Virus record (IMG/VR): IMGVR_UViG_3300017987_005501
Source of the DNA: a virus
Taxonomy: Duplodnaviria > Caudoviricetes
Strand: one strand, 5' to 3'
Length of the DNA stretch: 64,000 nt
Shown: piece after piece, positions 47,342 through 56,645 of the stretch
Layout of the letters: each line of letters begins with the position of its first letter
Position numbering within the stretch: position 1 is the stretch's first letter
The notes under the pieces: model-generated
Seen by the model: the letters and a program-made list of their open reading frames with translations, nothing else
Told to the model about the DNA's origin: nothing
Database searches by the model: none
Program-made: the position numbers and the translations under genes

Positions 47342-48379
47342 TTAGGAATATAATAAATGGGGATGGCTTTCATTTAAACCATTTTGCGTTATTTGAATAA
47401 ACTCGGCATTCTCTCTCAACTGTTTTAAATTATGAGCTCCCGCATAGGATAACCCAGACTGTAACCCTTCTACAAGATGTTGAATAAGCATAGACACCTC
47501 ACCCTTAACCGGGACCGTTTTCTCCGCCCCCTCAATGAATTCCCTTTTTCCTTTTGCAGCGGCGGAAGCACTTCCCATATATTTCGACTCAAATTGCCGA
47601 GTATATGGATTATAATTAGGCTTCGCAGGGGATTCAATACACCCAGCAAAAAGTCCACCTAAAATGACAGCATCCGCTCCGGCAGCAATACTTTTTACTA
47701 AGTCTGCTGGGAATCTGATACCCCCATCTTGTATTAAAGTGACTTCAAACCTATTAGCATCGATTACCTTCCGGCAAAGTTGCAAAGATGTAATGGAGGG
47801 AACCCCAAAGCCAGTCATTACCCTGGTAGTGCAAAGCGAACCACCACCTACGCCGACTCGAATCCCATCTACCCCGGCATCACAAAGGTTTCTTACCCCG
47901 TCACCATCAGCAACATTTCCGCCGATTAAAGGAAAATGGGGCCACCGTTTTTTAAACTCTTTAATAACTTCCAGATGCCTTATTTGATTACCGTGAGCAA
48001 TGTCAATCATTGCAAAATCGGCACCCGCTTCTATATTTAACTCCACTCGGGTTTGCCACAGACCGTTAATCCCTAGAGCGAACCCTTTAAGCCCCTTAAC
48101 TTTTTTTACTTGTTCTACTTGTTCCTTAATGCCACACATTTCATCTTCGCCCTCGCCCGAATGAAATCTATGGATAACCCCCACCCCACCGACATCTGCT
48201 AATGCCTGAGCCATTTTATCTTCAGTAACCGTAGTCATAGGGGAAGAAATAATTGGGATCTTCAATTTTAAGTCAGGGGTCTTTGTAAGAAACGTCTCCG
48301 TTTCGACCTTAGTTCTGCTCAAAACTTCAGAATATTTTGGCACCAGTAAAACATCATCAAACGATAACGCGTGTTTCAT
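47342..48379 (-). CDS. IMPDH/GMP reductase family enzyme without CBS domains; flap resembles GMP reductase
   Basis: LSFDDVLLVP, IPIISSPM.TVTE, IDIAHG, GVGGGSLCTT (catalytic Cys), DGGIR, YMGSAS..KG....EG. Confidence 0.9.
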   Translation of the reverse strand: MKHALSFDDVLLVPKYSEVLSRTKVETETFLTKTPDLKLKIPIISSPMTTVTEDKMAQALADVGGVGVIHRFHSGEGEDEMCGIKEQVEQVKKVKGLKGFALGINGLWQTRVELNIEAGADFAMIDIAHGNQIRHLEVIKEFKKRWPHFPLIGGNVADGDGVRNLCDAGVDGIRVGVGGGSLCTTRVMTGFGVPSITSLQLCRKVIDANRFEVTLIQDGGIRFPADLVKSIAAGADAVILGGLFAGCIESPAKPNYNPYTRQFESKYMGSASAAAKGKREFIEGAEKTVPVKGEVSMLIQHLVEGLQSGLSYAGAHNLKQLRENAEFIQITQNGLNESHPHLLYS

Positions 48380-48418
48380 AATTCTTTCCTTAACAGGTAA
48401 ACATCATATTTTTTACGA

Positions 48419-49489
48419 TTAGGAGCGAAGGGATTTAAACCATTCTTTTACTTTTCTGTTGGAATTTATAAAATCACACAGAAGTCTATCTAATTCGTCT
48501 GGTTTTAGCCACGGCTTGTTATCAAGGAGTTTCAAGAATCCTCTAGGGTTAAACAAGCTTGGATCCTTTTCTTCCTCTGCGAGGTAATCAACAAAGGCAT
48601 ATAAAAAAGTCGTTAGGTCTTTATCAAACGCAAAAATTAAAAAATCGTCTGAGAAGTCAAGAAGCCCAATGGAAGTAAGACTTTCTCCCCTTTCTCTATA
48701 AAGATCCCTAAGATCCTCAACCGAAAAGCCATTAGAAGTTGGTTTGGGAGGGGTTATAAACGTTAGTTTTGTTTTTGGAATTAAGTATTGTTTTCCATCC
48801 TTTTCAGGGTATAGAGCAGCAACAAAAACAGGGTCTTCAAACTCTACAAGCCCGCAATCTTCTTCGGCCACTTTAAGCTCTTCTTCAGTGGCATCCCTGA
48901 GATAAAGGGCTCTTTCCCCTGCCTTCAAATCCCGATATTTAGTCATAGTTGAATTATTTTCTGATAATAATAAGTCCTCGGCCAACTCAACAATAATTAA
49001 ATCCTTTGGTTCTGGGGGTGAATTGGGCAAGGGTTCTCCCTGGATTTCTTCTGCTTCAACCTGAGGTTCTTCCTGAGGTTCTTCCTGAGGTTCTTCCTGA
49101 GGTTCTTCCTGAGGTTCTTCCTGCGCCTCTTCTGCCTCAACCGATTCGGCGATTTTAACAGGATCTTCCGCAACAGCTTGATCTAATGAAATGAATCCCT
49201 TTTTCTTTTTGGAGGGGTTTCTGGTACTCACATGATAGTTTTTTTGAATTTCCCCCAAAAGGTTAGTATTTAGATCAATCGGTTTTTGATTTACCTTTAC
49301 TGGTATGTCCTGCTTTAAGGTAGGAGGGTCTTTTTTCTTTGCTTTCTTTATTTCATCAAGCCTTTTTTGAATGTCTGGAGGTCTTTTTGCTGGCATAATA
49401 TCCTGCCTTTCCCTGGCACTTTTTTGAAGGTCCCTTTCGAGAATCCGAATATCTTTATTATGATTTAGGCTTCTTCTGCGTGGGTTCAT
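48419..49489 (-). CDS. Hypothetical protein with an (EEPQ)5 repeat
   Basis: 356-aa ORF with a basic N-terminus and an acidic repeat linker. Confidence 0.65.
   Translation of the reverse strand: MNPRRRSLNHNKDIRILERDLQKSARERQDIMPAKRPPDIQKRLDEIKKAKKKDPPTLKQDIPVKVNQKPIDLNTNLLGEIQKNYHVSTRNPSKKKKGFISLDQAVAEDPVKIAESVEAEEAQEEPQEEPQEEPQEEPQEEPQVEAEEIQGEPLPNSPPEPKDLIIVELAEDLLLSENNSTMTKYRDLKAGERALYLRDATEEELKVAEEDCGLVEFEDPVFVAALYPEKDGKQYLIPKTKLTFITPPKPTSNGFSVEDLRDLYRERGESLTSIGLLDFSDDFLIFAFDKDLTTFLYAFVDYLAEEEKDPSLFNPRGFLKLLDNKPWLKPDELDRLLCDFINSNRKVKEWFKSLRS
49061..49120 (-). repeat. Five perfect 12-nt tandem repeats (ctgaggttcttc) encoding EEPQ
   Basis: Read directly from the sequence. Confidence 0.95.
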
Positions 49490-49821
49490 TAATCTTTTTC
49501 CTCAAGGCGTTCAATTTGAGGATTTCCCGTTTTTATATATTCTTTTGCCCAGTCTCTAACCGGCAATAAATTATGTGTAAGTAGAACTTCTACAGGAACA
49601 ACTTCAAACGAAACTTCTTGTTTAAGTAAGTTTTTAATACTTTTTTTAAACATCTTAAAACTGCAACAAAAATCTGAGGAGTGTTTGAAAAAACAGTTAT
49701 TTGTTATATAAATAACATAGTCGTCCACAACAAAAATATACCCTAAATCTTTTTTAGAGCTAGCTCTAAAAAGAGTATACTTATAATCCCTTTCGGATAA
49801 GAATTCTTCCATGTCTTTCAT
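49489..49821 (-). CDS. Hypothetical protein
   Basis: Stop/start-coupled ORF. Confidence 0.55.
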   Translation of the reverse strand: MKDMEEFLSERDYKYTLFRASSKKDLGYIFVVDDYVIYITNNCFFKHSSDFCCSFKMFKKSIKNLLKQEVSFEVVPVEVLLTHNLLPVRDWAKEYIKTGNPQIERLEEKD

Positions 49822-49822
49822 T

Positions 49823-50872
49823 TCAAAGCTTAAAAACTTTCAAAACATTTTCTAATTCGTTCATATATAAGAGATCTAGTAGCATTTTATCCACATCATC
49901 ATAGGTGTATTCATGAAAAGAATACCCATGACTTCTGAGAAAATTTCTTAATTCTTGAGAAATTTCCTTCGATTCCTCAAAGCTATGAAAACGAACATTA
50001 TTTTCTATATAATTAATTGGCTTTAATAAGGCAATAAACTGATAATACCCTAACGCTTTGATTGAGCGTTTATATAAAGACCCTAAAGTAAAATCTGTAA
50101 ACCGTGAGGCTTTAAGCTCCCGCATCGCCCTTAATGCGTAAGTGTACCCAATCCAAATAGGGGAATCGCTTATTACAATATTAGAGGTGCGGGATACTGC
50201 CTCTTCCCGTTCTTTTTGTTTTTGATATAACCAAATCTGGTCTTCAAGTTTTGGGATCTGCCCTGTTTTCTGAATAAAAGTTGTTGCGTATTCCACAACA
50301 TCAGAAGAGTTCCCCTCATAGTTAATATTCAAAAGTAGGGACAACTTTTTAGCAACACTTGTTTTCCCACTACTGGGAGGACCCGCAACCCCAATTCGTC
50401 TCTTAAAGTAATTCCAGGTATTTAAAATATTTGTTTTAAGGCCCCGGCTATTAATCTCGTTTAACTTTTCTTGGTATGTTTTAACGTCATCGAATTCCAA
50501 CTCAAACATCGCAATTTTCATTGGAGAATTAACTAAGTCCAGGGTAAGGTTTTTATCCTTTTTGTTTTGGTACCGGTTTTTAACGATTTTAAGTCTTGTA
50601 CTTTGTTCTAAGGAATCCTTAAAATTTGAAATGTTGTCAACATCCAACTTAACGAGCGTTTCGATTCTGACCCCTTCTTTTTCCTCTTTGCTTTTTTTAA
50701 CCGAAACAACTTTTTCAGTATTCTTATCCTTTATAAATCTAAATCGATGGGTTGCAGTTAGGTAATAGTCTTCAATGTCTATTTTTTTCCAGGATGCTTT
50801 ATTTGCTTCAATATATTTTTTAGCATCTTCAAATGGAACAACAAGGGATACCTCTATTTCCTTCGCCTTCAT
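49823..50872 (-). CDS. CYTH-like domain fused to a NadR/AAA_28-type P-loop kinase
   Basis: N-terminal KEIEV...RFR...K...RIE...LTLD...FELEF (CYTH pattern); GVAGPPSSGKT, VEYAT, ISDSP. Confidence 0.72.
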   Translation of the reverse strand: MKAKEIEVSLVVPFEDAKKYIEANKASWKKIDIEDYYLTATHRFRFIKDKNTEKVVSVKKSKEEKEGVRIETLVKLDVDNISNFKDSLEQSTRLKIVKNRYQNKKDKNLTLDLVNSPMKIAMFELEFDDVKTYQEKLNEINSRGLKTNILNTWNYFKRRIGVAGPPSSGKTSVAKKLSLLLNINYEGNSSDVVEYATTFIQKTGQIPKLEDQIWLYQKQKEREEAVSRTSNIVISDSPIWIGYTYALRAMRELKASRFTDFTLGSLYKRSIKALGYYQFIALLKPINYIENNVRFHSFEESKEISQELRNFLRSHGYSFHEYTYDDVDKMLLDLLYMNELENVLKVFKL

Positions 50873-50910
50873 ATCAATCCTCCAAATTTGAGTAGACTAT
50901 ATAATTATAC

Positions 50911-50936
50911 AAGAAAATTGCCCCATTTTTGGGGCA
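50911..50936 (-). terminator. Possible intrinsic terminator after the groEL unit
   Basis: GCCCCA-aaaa-TGGGGC followed by AATTTTCTT (weak U tract). Confidence 0.35.
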
Positions 50937-50961
50937 CATTCTTAATAAAAATTTGAAAAAA

Positions 50962-51180
50962 TTACTTGGTTTTTCGGAAATAGTCAGGATCGTTATAACA
51001 CCTATATTGATCCGTTTTCTTTGGCTCGAAAAGATCGCAATTTTGTAATTGGGGCATCATATCAGGAGGATTCACAGCCCATTTCCAAACGATTTTCCAA
51101 TCGTGTTTTGGGCAGTAAAACCAACCTTTAGAGCCATCTTGTTCCTCTAAAAATTTACAATCGCAACATCTAATTTTCAT
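50962..51180 (-). CDS. Small Cys-rich hypothetical protein
   Basis: CCDC...CPKH...C; directly downstream of groEL. Confidence 0.5.
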   Translation of the reverse strand: MKIRCCDCKFLEEQDGSKGWFYCPKHDWKIVWKWAVNPPDMMPQLQNCDLFEPKKTDQYRCYNDPDYFRKTK

Positions 51181-51183
51181 TTC

Positions 51184-52803
51184 TTAGTGTCCTTGCTTCA
51201 TTTGTTGGTCTAATAGTTTTTCGGCGATTTCAGGGTCGTCCGCAATAATTACGTCGGTTGTTAAGAGTAGAATTGCAACTGAAGCAGCATTTTGTAAGGC
51301 ACACTTAGTTACCTTAAAGGGGTCTATAATCCCCGCTTCTAGAAGGTCTTCATATTTATTTGTCAAAGCATTATAACCATGACTAAATTTATCTTTGAGA
51401 AGAATTTCATTTGTAACAACCTCACCATTAATGCCCGCATTCGTTGCAATTTGCATTGCCGGGACTTTTAAGGCTTCTTCAAGAATCCTAATTCCAAAGG
51501 CTTCGTATTCCTCGACTTTTAATTCTCCCAAAGCATTGCTTGCGCGGAGTAGAGAAATTCCACCACCGGGCAAGATTCCTTCTTCGATAGCCGCGCGTAC
51601 CGCATGGAGAGCATCTTCAATTCGATCTTTCTTTTCTTTCATCTCTACTTCTGTTTGGCCCCCAACATAAATTTTAGCAACCCCACCTGTAAGTTTGGCT
51701 AGCCTCTCTTGCAACTTTTCTCGGTCAAAGTCACTTGTCGTAACCTCTAATTCTTCGCGAATTAGATTAATTCTTTTCTTAATTTCTTCTTTCTCCCCAC
51801 CCCCATCAATAATAGTAGTAGAATCTGCCGAGATAGTAATTTTATCACAAGAACCGCAATGCTCAAGGGTAATATCTTCGGGATTCATATTATCCTCAGA
51901 GAGGATAGCAGTTCCACCCGTGATCGCAGCAATATCAGCTAAAATATCTTTTCTTCTTTGGCCAAACCCTGGTGCCTTTACAGCTACTGCCTGCAAGGTT
52001 CCTTTTCTAATGTTCATAACTAAAGTTTGAATAACAATATCGCTAAAGTCGCTAGCAATTAAAACAACCTTTTTATTGGCAGTTGCTACCCTATTTAAGA
52101 AACTTGTCCAAGCATTAATATCATCGATTCTGCCTTCATGAATTAGGATAGCAGGGTCGGACCACTCCATCTTTAATTTATTAAACCCAATAGCAAACCA
52201 TGGAGTAGTATAACCCTTGTCGAATTGCATTCCTTCGACATAGTCCACGAGGGTATTATCCCCCATACTTTCCTCTAGGGTCACGACACCGTCTTTTCCA
52301 ACTTTTTCCATAGCGTCGGCGAGGAGGTTTCCAATTTCAGCGTCGTTATTTGAAGCAATTGTTCCAATATGGACAATCTCTTCCCGCTTCTCGATTGTTA
52401 GTTTTTCTTCCTCTAGTTTTTTAATTATAGATTTAACCCCCTTCTCGATTCCTCGGCGAATTCCGAGAGGGGAGCTTCCAGCAAGGATAGCTTTTAAACC
52501 AGAATTAAAAAGGGCCTCGGCCAAAACAGTAGCAGTAGTTGTTCCGTCCCCAGCGTCTGTGCTTGTTTTCGAAGCAACCAAACGCACCATCTGGGCGCCG
52601 ACATTTTCAAGATGATCCTTTAGCTCTATAGAATTTGCAACGCTGACGCCATCTTTCGTCACCACGGGCTCTCCAAAAGATTGGGCAACGATAACATTCC
52701 TCCCGCTTGGGCCAAGAGTTGCTTTTACCGCATTAGCAAGGATTGATAAGCCAGATTGGAGTTTTTCACGAGCTTCGTCGTTGAAAAGGATATCCTTAAA
52801 CAT
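51184..52803 (-). CDS. groEL: Group I chaperonin GroEL
   Basis: TLGPSGRNV, TKDGVSVA, AGDGTTTATVLA, EGMQFDKGY, KAPGFG, LQERLAKLTGG, GIIDP; no C-terminal GGM tail. Confidence 0.98.
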   Translation of the reverse strand: MFKDILFNDEAREKLQSGLSILANAVKATLGPSGRNVIVAQSFGEPVVTKDGVSVANSIELKDHLENVGAQMVRLVASKTSTDAGDGTTTATVLAEALFNSGLKAILAGSSPLGIRRGIEKGVKSIIKKLEEEKLTIEKREEIVHIGTIASNNDAEIGNLLADAMEKVGKDGVVTLEESMGDNTLVDYVEGMQFDKGYTTPWFAIGFNKLKMEWSDPAILIHEGRIDDINAWTSFLNRVATANKKVVLIASDFSDIVIQTLVMNIRKGTLQAVAVKAPGFGQRRKDILADIAAITGGTAILSEDNMNPEDITLEHCGSCDKITISADSTTIIDGGGEKEEIKKRINLIREELEVTTSDFDREKLQERLAKLTGGVAKIYVGGQTEVEMKEKKDRIEDALHAVRAAIEEGILPGGGISLLRASNALGELKVEEYEAFGIRILEEALKVPAMQIATNAGINGEVVTNEILLKDKFSHGYNALTNKYEDLLEAGIIDPFKVTKCALQNAASVAILLLTTDVIIADDPEIAEKLLDQQMKQGH

Positions 52804-52941
52804 TAGTTACATCTCCTTTTGATTTTATGTATATCTTATTTGAATTTAAATATCTAATTATATAATACAAATCCGTTCTAAAAACTACCTCCTTAATTTC
52901 AGGTTAACGTGTACTGGGAAACGTTATAATCAATTTTAACC

Positions 52942-53124
52942 CTAAATTAAATCGTCCAGAGTTAGCCCGTTTGGAGCTTCCTGCTGTAATTTATACTTTT
53001 CATAGAGCTCCGGAAATATATTTTTCTCTTGGTATAGCCGACATTCATCAACTAAATCGCAATTTTTTTCACATTCTTCTTCGTTTGGTTTCCAGAAACC
53101 AAAGCAATTAGGTTTTTCTTTCAT
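52942..53124 (-). CDS. Small Cys-rich hypothetical protein
   Basis: CFG..W......C...C.....C pattern; ATG 53124 preferred. Confidence 0.5.
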   Translation of the reverse strand: MKEKPNCFGFWKPNEEECEKNCDLVDECRLYQEKNIFPELYEKYKLQQEAPNGLTLDDLI

Positions 53125-54940
53125 AATATGACCCAAAAAAATATGTTTGTAATTTTTTAATCAGTTGAGTTGCCAAGCTTCCTAAATCGTCTAGATCATT
53201 AATGATTACGGAGTCCGGAAAAATATTTTTTACCCAGGTTTGTTTTAAGCCAATACCACAAACCTCGACGCCTGCCTTGTTTAATAGTTTACAATCTTTT
53301 GAAACTAACTTAACAAATAAATCTCCGTGCTTAAATGCAAGCCGAGAATATGGAACTCCATCGGTAATAACAAAAAGGATCCTTCGTGTTATTTTTTGCC
53401 TGTTATATTTCCAAAGTCTTTTTCCCGCGTATTCTATCCCCTCAACTAAGGGGGTGTAATCGACCGTATCATAACTCCCTAACCGATATTTTGCTTTATT
53501 AAAAGGCTCATTAAAAGATTTATAGATTCGAAAATATAAATTATCAACTCTGGTATAAAAGTTAGCAAGGTCTTCCAACTTCTTTCCAGTTTCCTTTTCT
53601 GCTAATTTTATATGTTCTCCCCTAGTTGTAAAGCTAATTATTTCTGTGGGAATATTTATTTGAGAAAGAGGCTCCGTTAAAGCAGTAAGAATAACCTGAC
53701 CCACTTCTTTTACCATAGACCCACTCGCATCTACCAAAATGGTAACTGCCGTTTTTAATTTTAAGCCTTCTCTCCTTTTCTTATAAATATTCTTAGGCTT
53801 GCTGGCGATAATCCGGGGAAGCTTCTGCAAATCTAGTCTGCCCTTTAACTCGTTTCTGCTCCAGTGTGAGGCCGTTTTTGCGCGAAGAACCCCTAAAAGC
53901 CTTTTTCGCAAATAGTCTATGGCAGTTCTGGCTTTGTCTTCGATTTCAGTATATATATTGCGATCTTTTTCAGAAAAACTTTTTACTTTTTCATAAACAT
54001 CATATTTAGTTGAGAACGGACGTAAAGTTGTAAGGGGAGATTGGCTTTCTAATAATTCTGCGTAACCAGAAGTGGCTTTTCCCTTATCTAAGAAATCCTC
54101 AATATTATCTATGTCTATAGGCTCACAAATAGATTCCTTGAAGCCTGGATCTAGGCTATCTAAAAGATCTTCCAATTCCCCGGGTTCTTCTCCGTCCTCC
54201 GAATCATTAGATCCTTGTTCTTGTTTTTGTTCTCCTTCTTCTCCATCAGCATTTTCCGGATCTCCCTGGGAATCCTCTTCTTGTTGTTTTGCTGTGTCAA
54301 TAAGATCCTTTAATTTTTCATAAGTATCTTCCGCTAACCTAAAGTTATCCGCTGTATTCTTAACATTTTTTGCAGAGTCTATTTCAGGGGATAATAATGA
54401 ATCTACAATTTGATTTGCTCCAGACCCAAATATTTGACAATCTAAGTCTAAATCTACCCCATGCTCTGCATATAGCTTAAAATATAAAGTAAATAGGATT
54501 CTATCCCAACTGGATAATTCTTTTTCTAGTAACAAGGTTTTGGAATACGAGTTTTGTGCCTTGATGTTGGGGGCACATCCCGGGAACTCCTTAATAGTTT
54601 TTGAATCTACAAAAGGGTCCTCGTAAATATTTTGAATAAAGGGGATAAGCTTTGCTTTTGTAGTCTCCTCCTGGCCTTTGGTTTTGTGTTTATCGTATTC
54701 CTTAAGCTCTTGGCGGAGGGTAGGCCAATCAGTATAGCGACAATGCCCTACCTCGTGGGCAAGAAAACCCCTAAAAACCTTAGAGGTCTCTTCCGTTATT
54801 TCTTGGGGCAAGGAAGGTAACCAAATGATTTTTCCATCTGTTTTGGCTTCTGTCCCTTGAAAAATAATATTTAGATCGAATTTCTCAGCAAGTAATTCTG
54901 CTTCGACGTGGAGTGCTGATTGAAACGGGGAAGTAAACAT
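53108..54940 (-). CDS. CobT-like protein: N-terminal HExxH metallopeptidase-like domain, acidic linker, C-terminal vWA domain
   Basis: FLAHEVGH, NIYED, a D/E-rich linker, MIDAS VDASGSM, TP..EG, FVITDG.P. Confidence 0.85.
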   Translation of the reverse strand: MFTSPFQSALHVEAELLAEKFDLNIIFQGTEAKTDGKIIWLPSLPQEITEETSKVFRGFLAHEVGHCRYTDWPTLRQELKEYDKHKTKGQEETTKAKLIPFIQNIYEDPFVDSKTIKEFPGCAPNIKAQNSYSKTLLLEKELSSWDRILFTLYFKLYAEHGVDLDLDCQIFGSGANQIVDSLLSPEIDSAKNVKNTADNFRLAEDTYEKLKDLIDTAKQQEEDSQGDPENADGEEGEQKQEQGSNDSEDGEEPGELEDLLDSLDPGFKESICEPIDIDNIEDFLDKGKATSGYAELLESQSPLTTLRPFSTKYDVYEKVKSFSEKDRNIYTEIEDKARTAIDYLRKRLLGVLRAKTASHWSRNELKGRLDLQKLPRIIASKPKNIYKKRREGLKLKTAVTILVDASGSMVKEVGQVILTALTEPLSQINIPTEIISFTTRGEHIKLAEKETGKKLEDLANFYTRVDNLYFRIYKSFNEPFNKAKYRLGSYDTVDYTPLVEGIEYAGKRLWKYNRQKITRRILFVITDGVPYSRLAFKHGDLFVKLVSKDCKLLNKAGVEVCGIGLKQTWVKNIFPDSVIINDLDDLGSLATQLIKKLQTYFFGSYYERKT

Positions 54941-55206
54941 TAGACCGAAAATTGATTAGCATATTTTTGAACCCACTCGTCGGCCTCAGTTAAGGTCTGA
55001 ACATTTATGGGCTTGTCCTTAAACTCAACGCTTAAAACATTAATTATCTTCTGGGCGATAATATTACCCTCAACGGTCCCATAAAAAGTGAAATTAAAAG
55101 GATTTAATATAAACCCGACTAATTCCCCTTTCTTTATCCAACCCACCCTTAAATTCCGATATAGTTGGACCTGGAACATTTCATCTTCATATTTAGGTTC
55201 ACTCAT
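54940..55206 (-). CDS. Hypothetical protein
   Basis: TAATG coupling on both sides. Confidence 0.55.
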   Translation of the reverse strand: MSEPKYEDEMFQVQLYRNLRVGWIKKGELVGFILNPFNFTFYGTVEGNIIAQKIINVLSVEFKDKPINVQTLTEADEWVQKYANQFSV

Positions 55207-55574
55207 TATTCTTTTAATTTCTTTTCTGGTCCTGAATCTTCAAATTTGCGCATACATGTTTTATTACAAAAACCAGAAAGATTCCCCTTTTTTAATTCTT
55301 TGTGGCATCGTCTACAAAAGTTTTGGGCCAATAGTTTAGGCATAAGGTTCTTCGGCTGGCGTTGTTCTTCAAAAGCACTAAACTCCTCCATGATATTCAT
55401 GATATCTGCTTGATATTCCCACCCTCTGGTATTCGCCTTAGGTTTAGAATCCGCAGGAGTTGCGCTTTTAGTCTTCTTTCCCGAGGGGCTTAATTCGTAC
55501 GCACCCGTAACAAACCTATTTTTAGGTTTGGAATCATCTGATGACTGTTTCTCCGGAGTCTGGCTACTAGACAT
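55206..55574 (-). CDS. Hypothetical protein with a CxxC...C motif
   Basis: AAGGAG plus ATG; CRRCH...FCNKTC. Confidence 0.55.
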   Translation of the reverse strand: MSSSQTPEKQSSDDSKPKNRFVTGAYELSPSGKKTKSATPADSKPKANTRGWEYQADIMNIMEEFSAFEEQRQPKNLMPKLLAQNFCRRCHKELKKGNLSGFCNKTCMRKFEDSGPEKKLKE

Positions 55575-55618
55575 AATATCTCCTTCACTTCTTTTTATAT
55601 TATTATATACAGTTAAGT

Positions 55619-56188
55619 TTAGAGTTTCTTGCAGACTACGGTGAAGCCGTTTCCAACTTTTGAATCAGAATCTTCAACTTCTGTAATTTCCCAGTTTACC
55701 ACTTTGTTTCGAATCATCCAATTTATAACATTAATAAGGTCCTGCGTAATCCAGAAACTAAAATGTTTTGAGTGGTCGTCGTTAGGAAGTTTGTCGTACC
55801 ACCGCTGGACAACTTCTACCAGGGTAGTTCTAGGTTTATCGATATCAAAAGTTCGCATCTTATGGGGGACAATCATAAAAACATGCCCACCAGGCTTTAC
55901 GACCCTGTCCCACTCAACCATAGTTTTGATCGGATTTTGGAAATGTTCTAAGACATGAGAGTTAATAACAAAGTCTTGAGAATTATCGTCGACGGGGATA
56001 TCATCCCCACTAGCTTTTATATCAACAGGAAGATAAGTGCCACATTGTTTAATTTGGCTTTCTTTATAAAATTCCCAGCTTGAATCCCCCAGATCAACGT
56101 TCTTCGCATTAATTCCAGGAAATGTATTATGGGCGGCTCCTCCAATTTCTAACCCTTCTCCCTTACAATATTTTTTAGCTAATTCCAT
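55619..56188 (-). CDS. Class I SAM-dependent methyltransferase (type 11-like)
   Basis: GEGLEIGG, NVD, DDIPVDDNSQDFVINSHVLEHF, RVVKPGG. Confidence 0.9.
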   Translation of the reverse strand: MELAKKYCKGEGLEIGGAAHNTFPGINAKNVDLGDSSWEFYKESQIKQCGTYLPVDIKASGDDIPVDDNSQDFVINSHVLEHFQNPIKTMVEWDRVVKPGGHVFMIVPHKMRTFDIDKPRTTLVEVVQRWYDKLPNDDHSKHFSFWITQDLINVINWMIRNKVVNWEITEVEDSDSKVGNGFTVVCKKL

Positions 56189-56189
56189 G

Positions 56190-56645
56190 TTATTTTTTCT
56201 TTGCTTTTTTATCTGCAGCTTCCATTTGTTTTACGACTTTTCGTGCCCAAGCATATCCGGCATTACCACCCCAAAGTTGCCAACTAATCCAGCTTTTACT
56301 ATATGGTTTAGTTTTCTTATGGTTCTTTTTATAGGTAGAGTGGCGGTCAAAGAAAGATTTCATTCTTTTAACAGTCGATGGGCTCATATTAGTTCTATTT
56401 TTTAGATTAACTGCCCGAGTAACCCCCGAACCGATCCCTTTTTTACTAGCTTGTTGCGGAGAAAGCCCACCCTTACCTCCCATTTCCTTACGCATTTCTA
56501 ATCCTCTTTCAGCAGCTTTTGCGGCTCCCTCGGGAGGTTTAAAATCAATATGGTCATATTTTTTTGGAGCGGCTGTTTTAATAAAGGATTCCTCCAAATC
56601 GAATGCCCAACGACTTAGTTGAAAACTTAGCTTTTTCTTTTTCAT
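56190..56645 (-). CDS. Small basic protein with a domain recalled from phage morphogenesis loci (unnamed)
   Basis: PPEGAAKAAERGLEMR...RAVNL...MSPSTVKRMKSFFDRH...ISWQLWGGNAGYAWA. Confidence 0.6.
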   Translation of the reverse strand: MKKKKLSFQLSRWAFDLEESFIKTAAPKKYDHIDFKPPEGAAKAAERGLEMRKEMGGKGGLSPQQASKKGIGSGVTRAVNLKNRTNMSPSTVKRMKSFFDRHSTYKKNHKKTKPYSKSWISWQLWGGNAGYAWARKVVKQMEAADKKAKKK

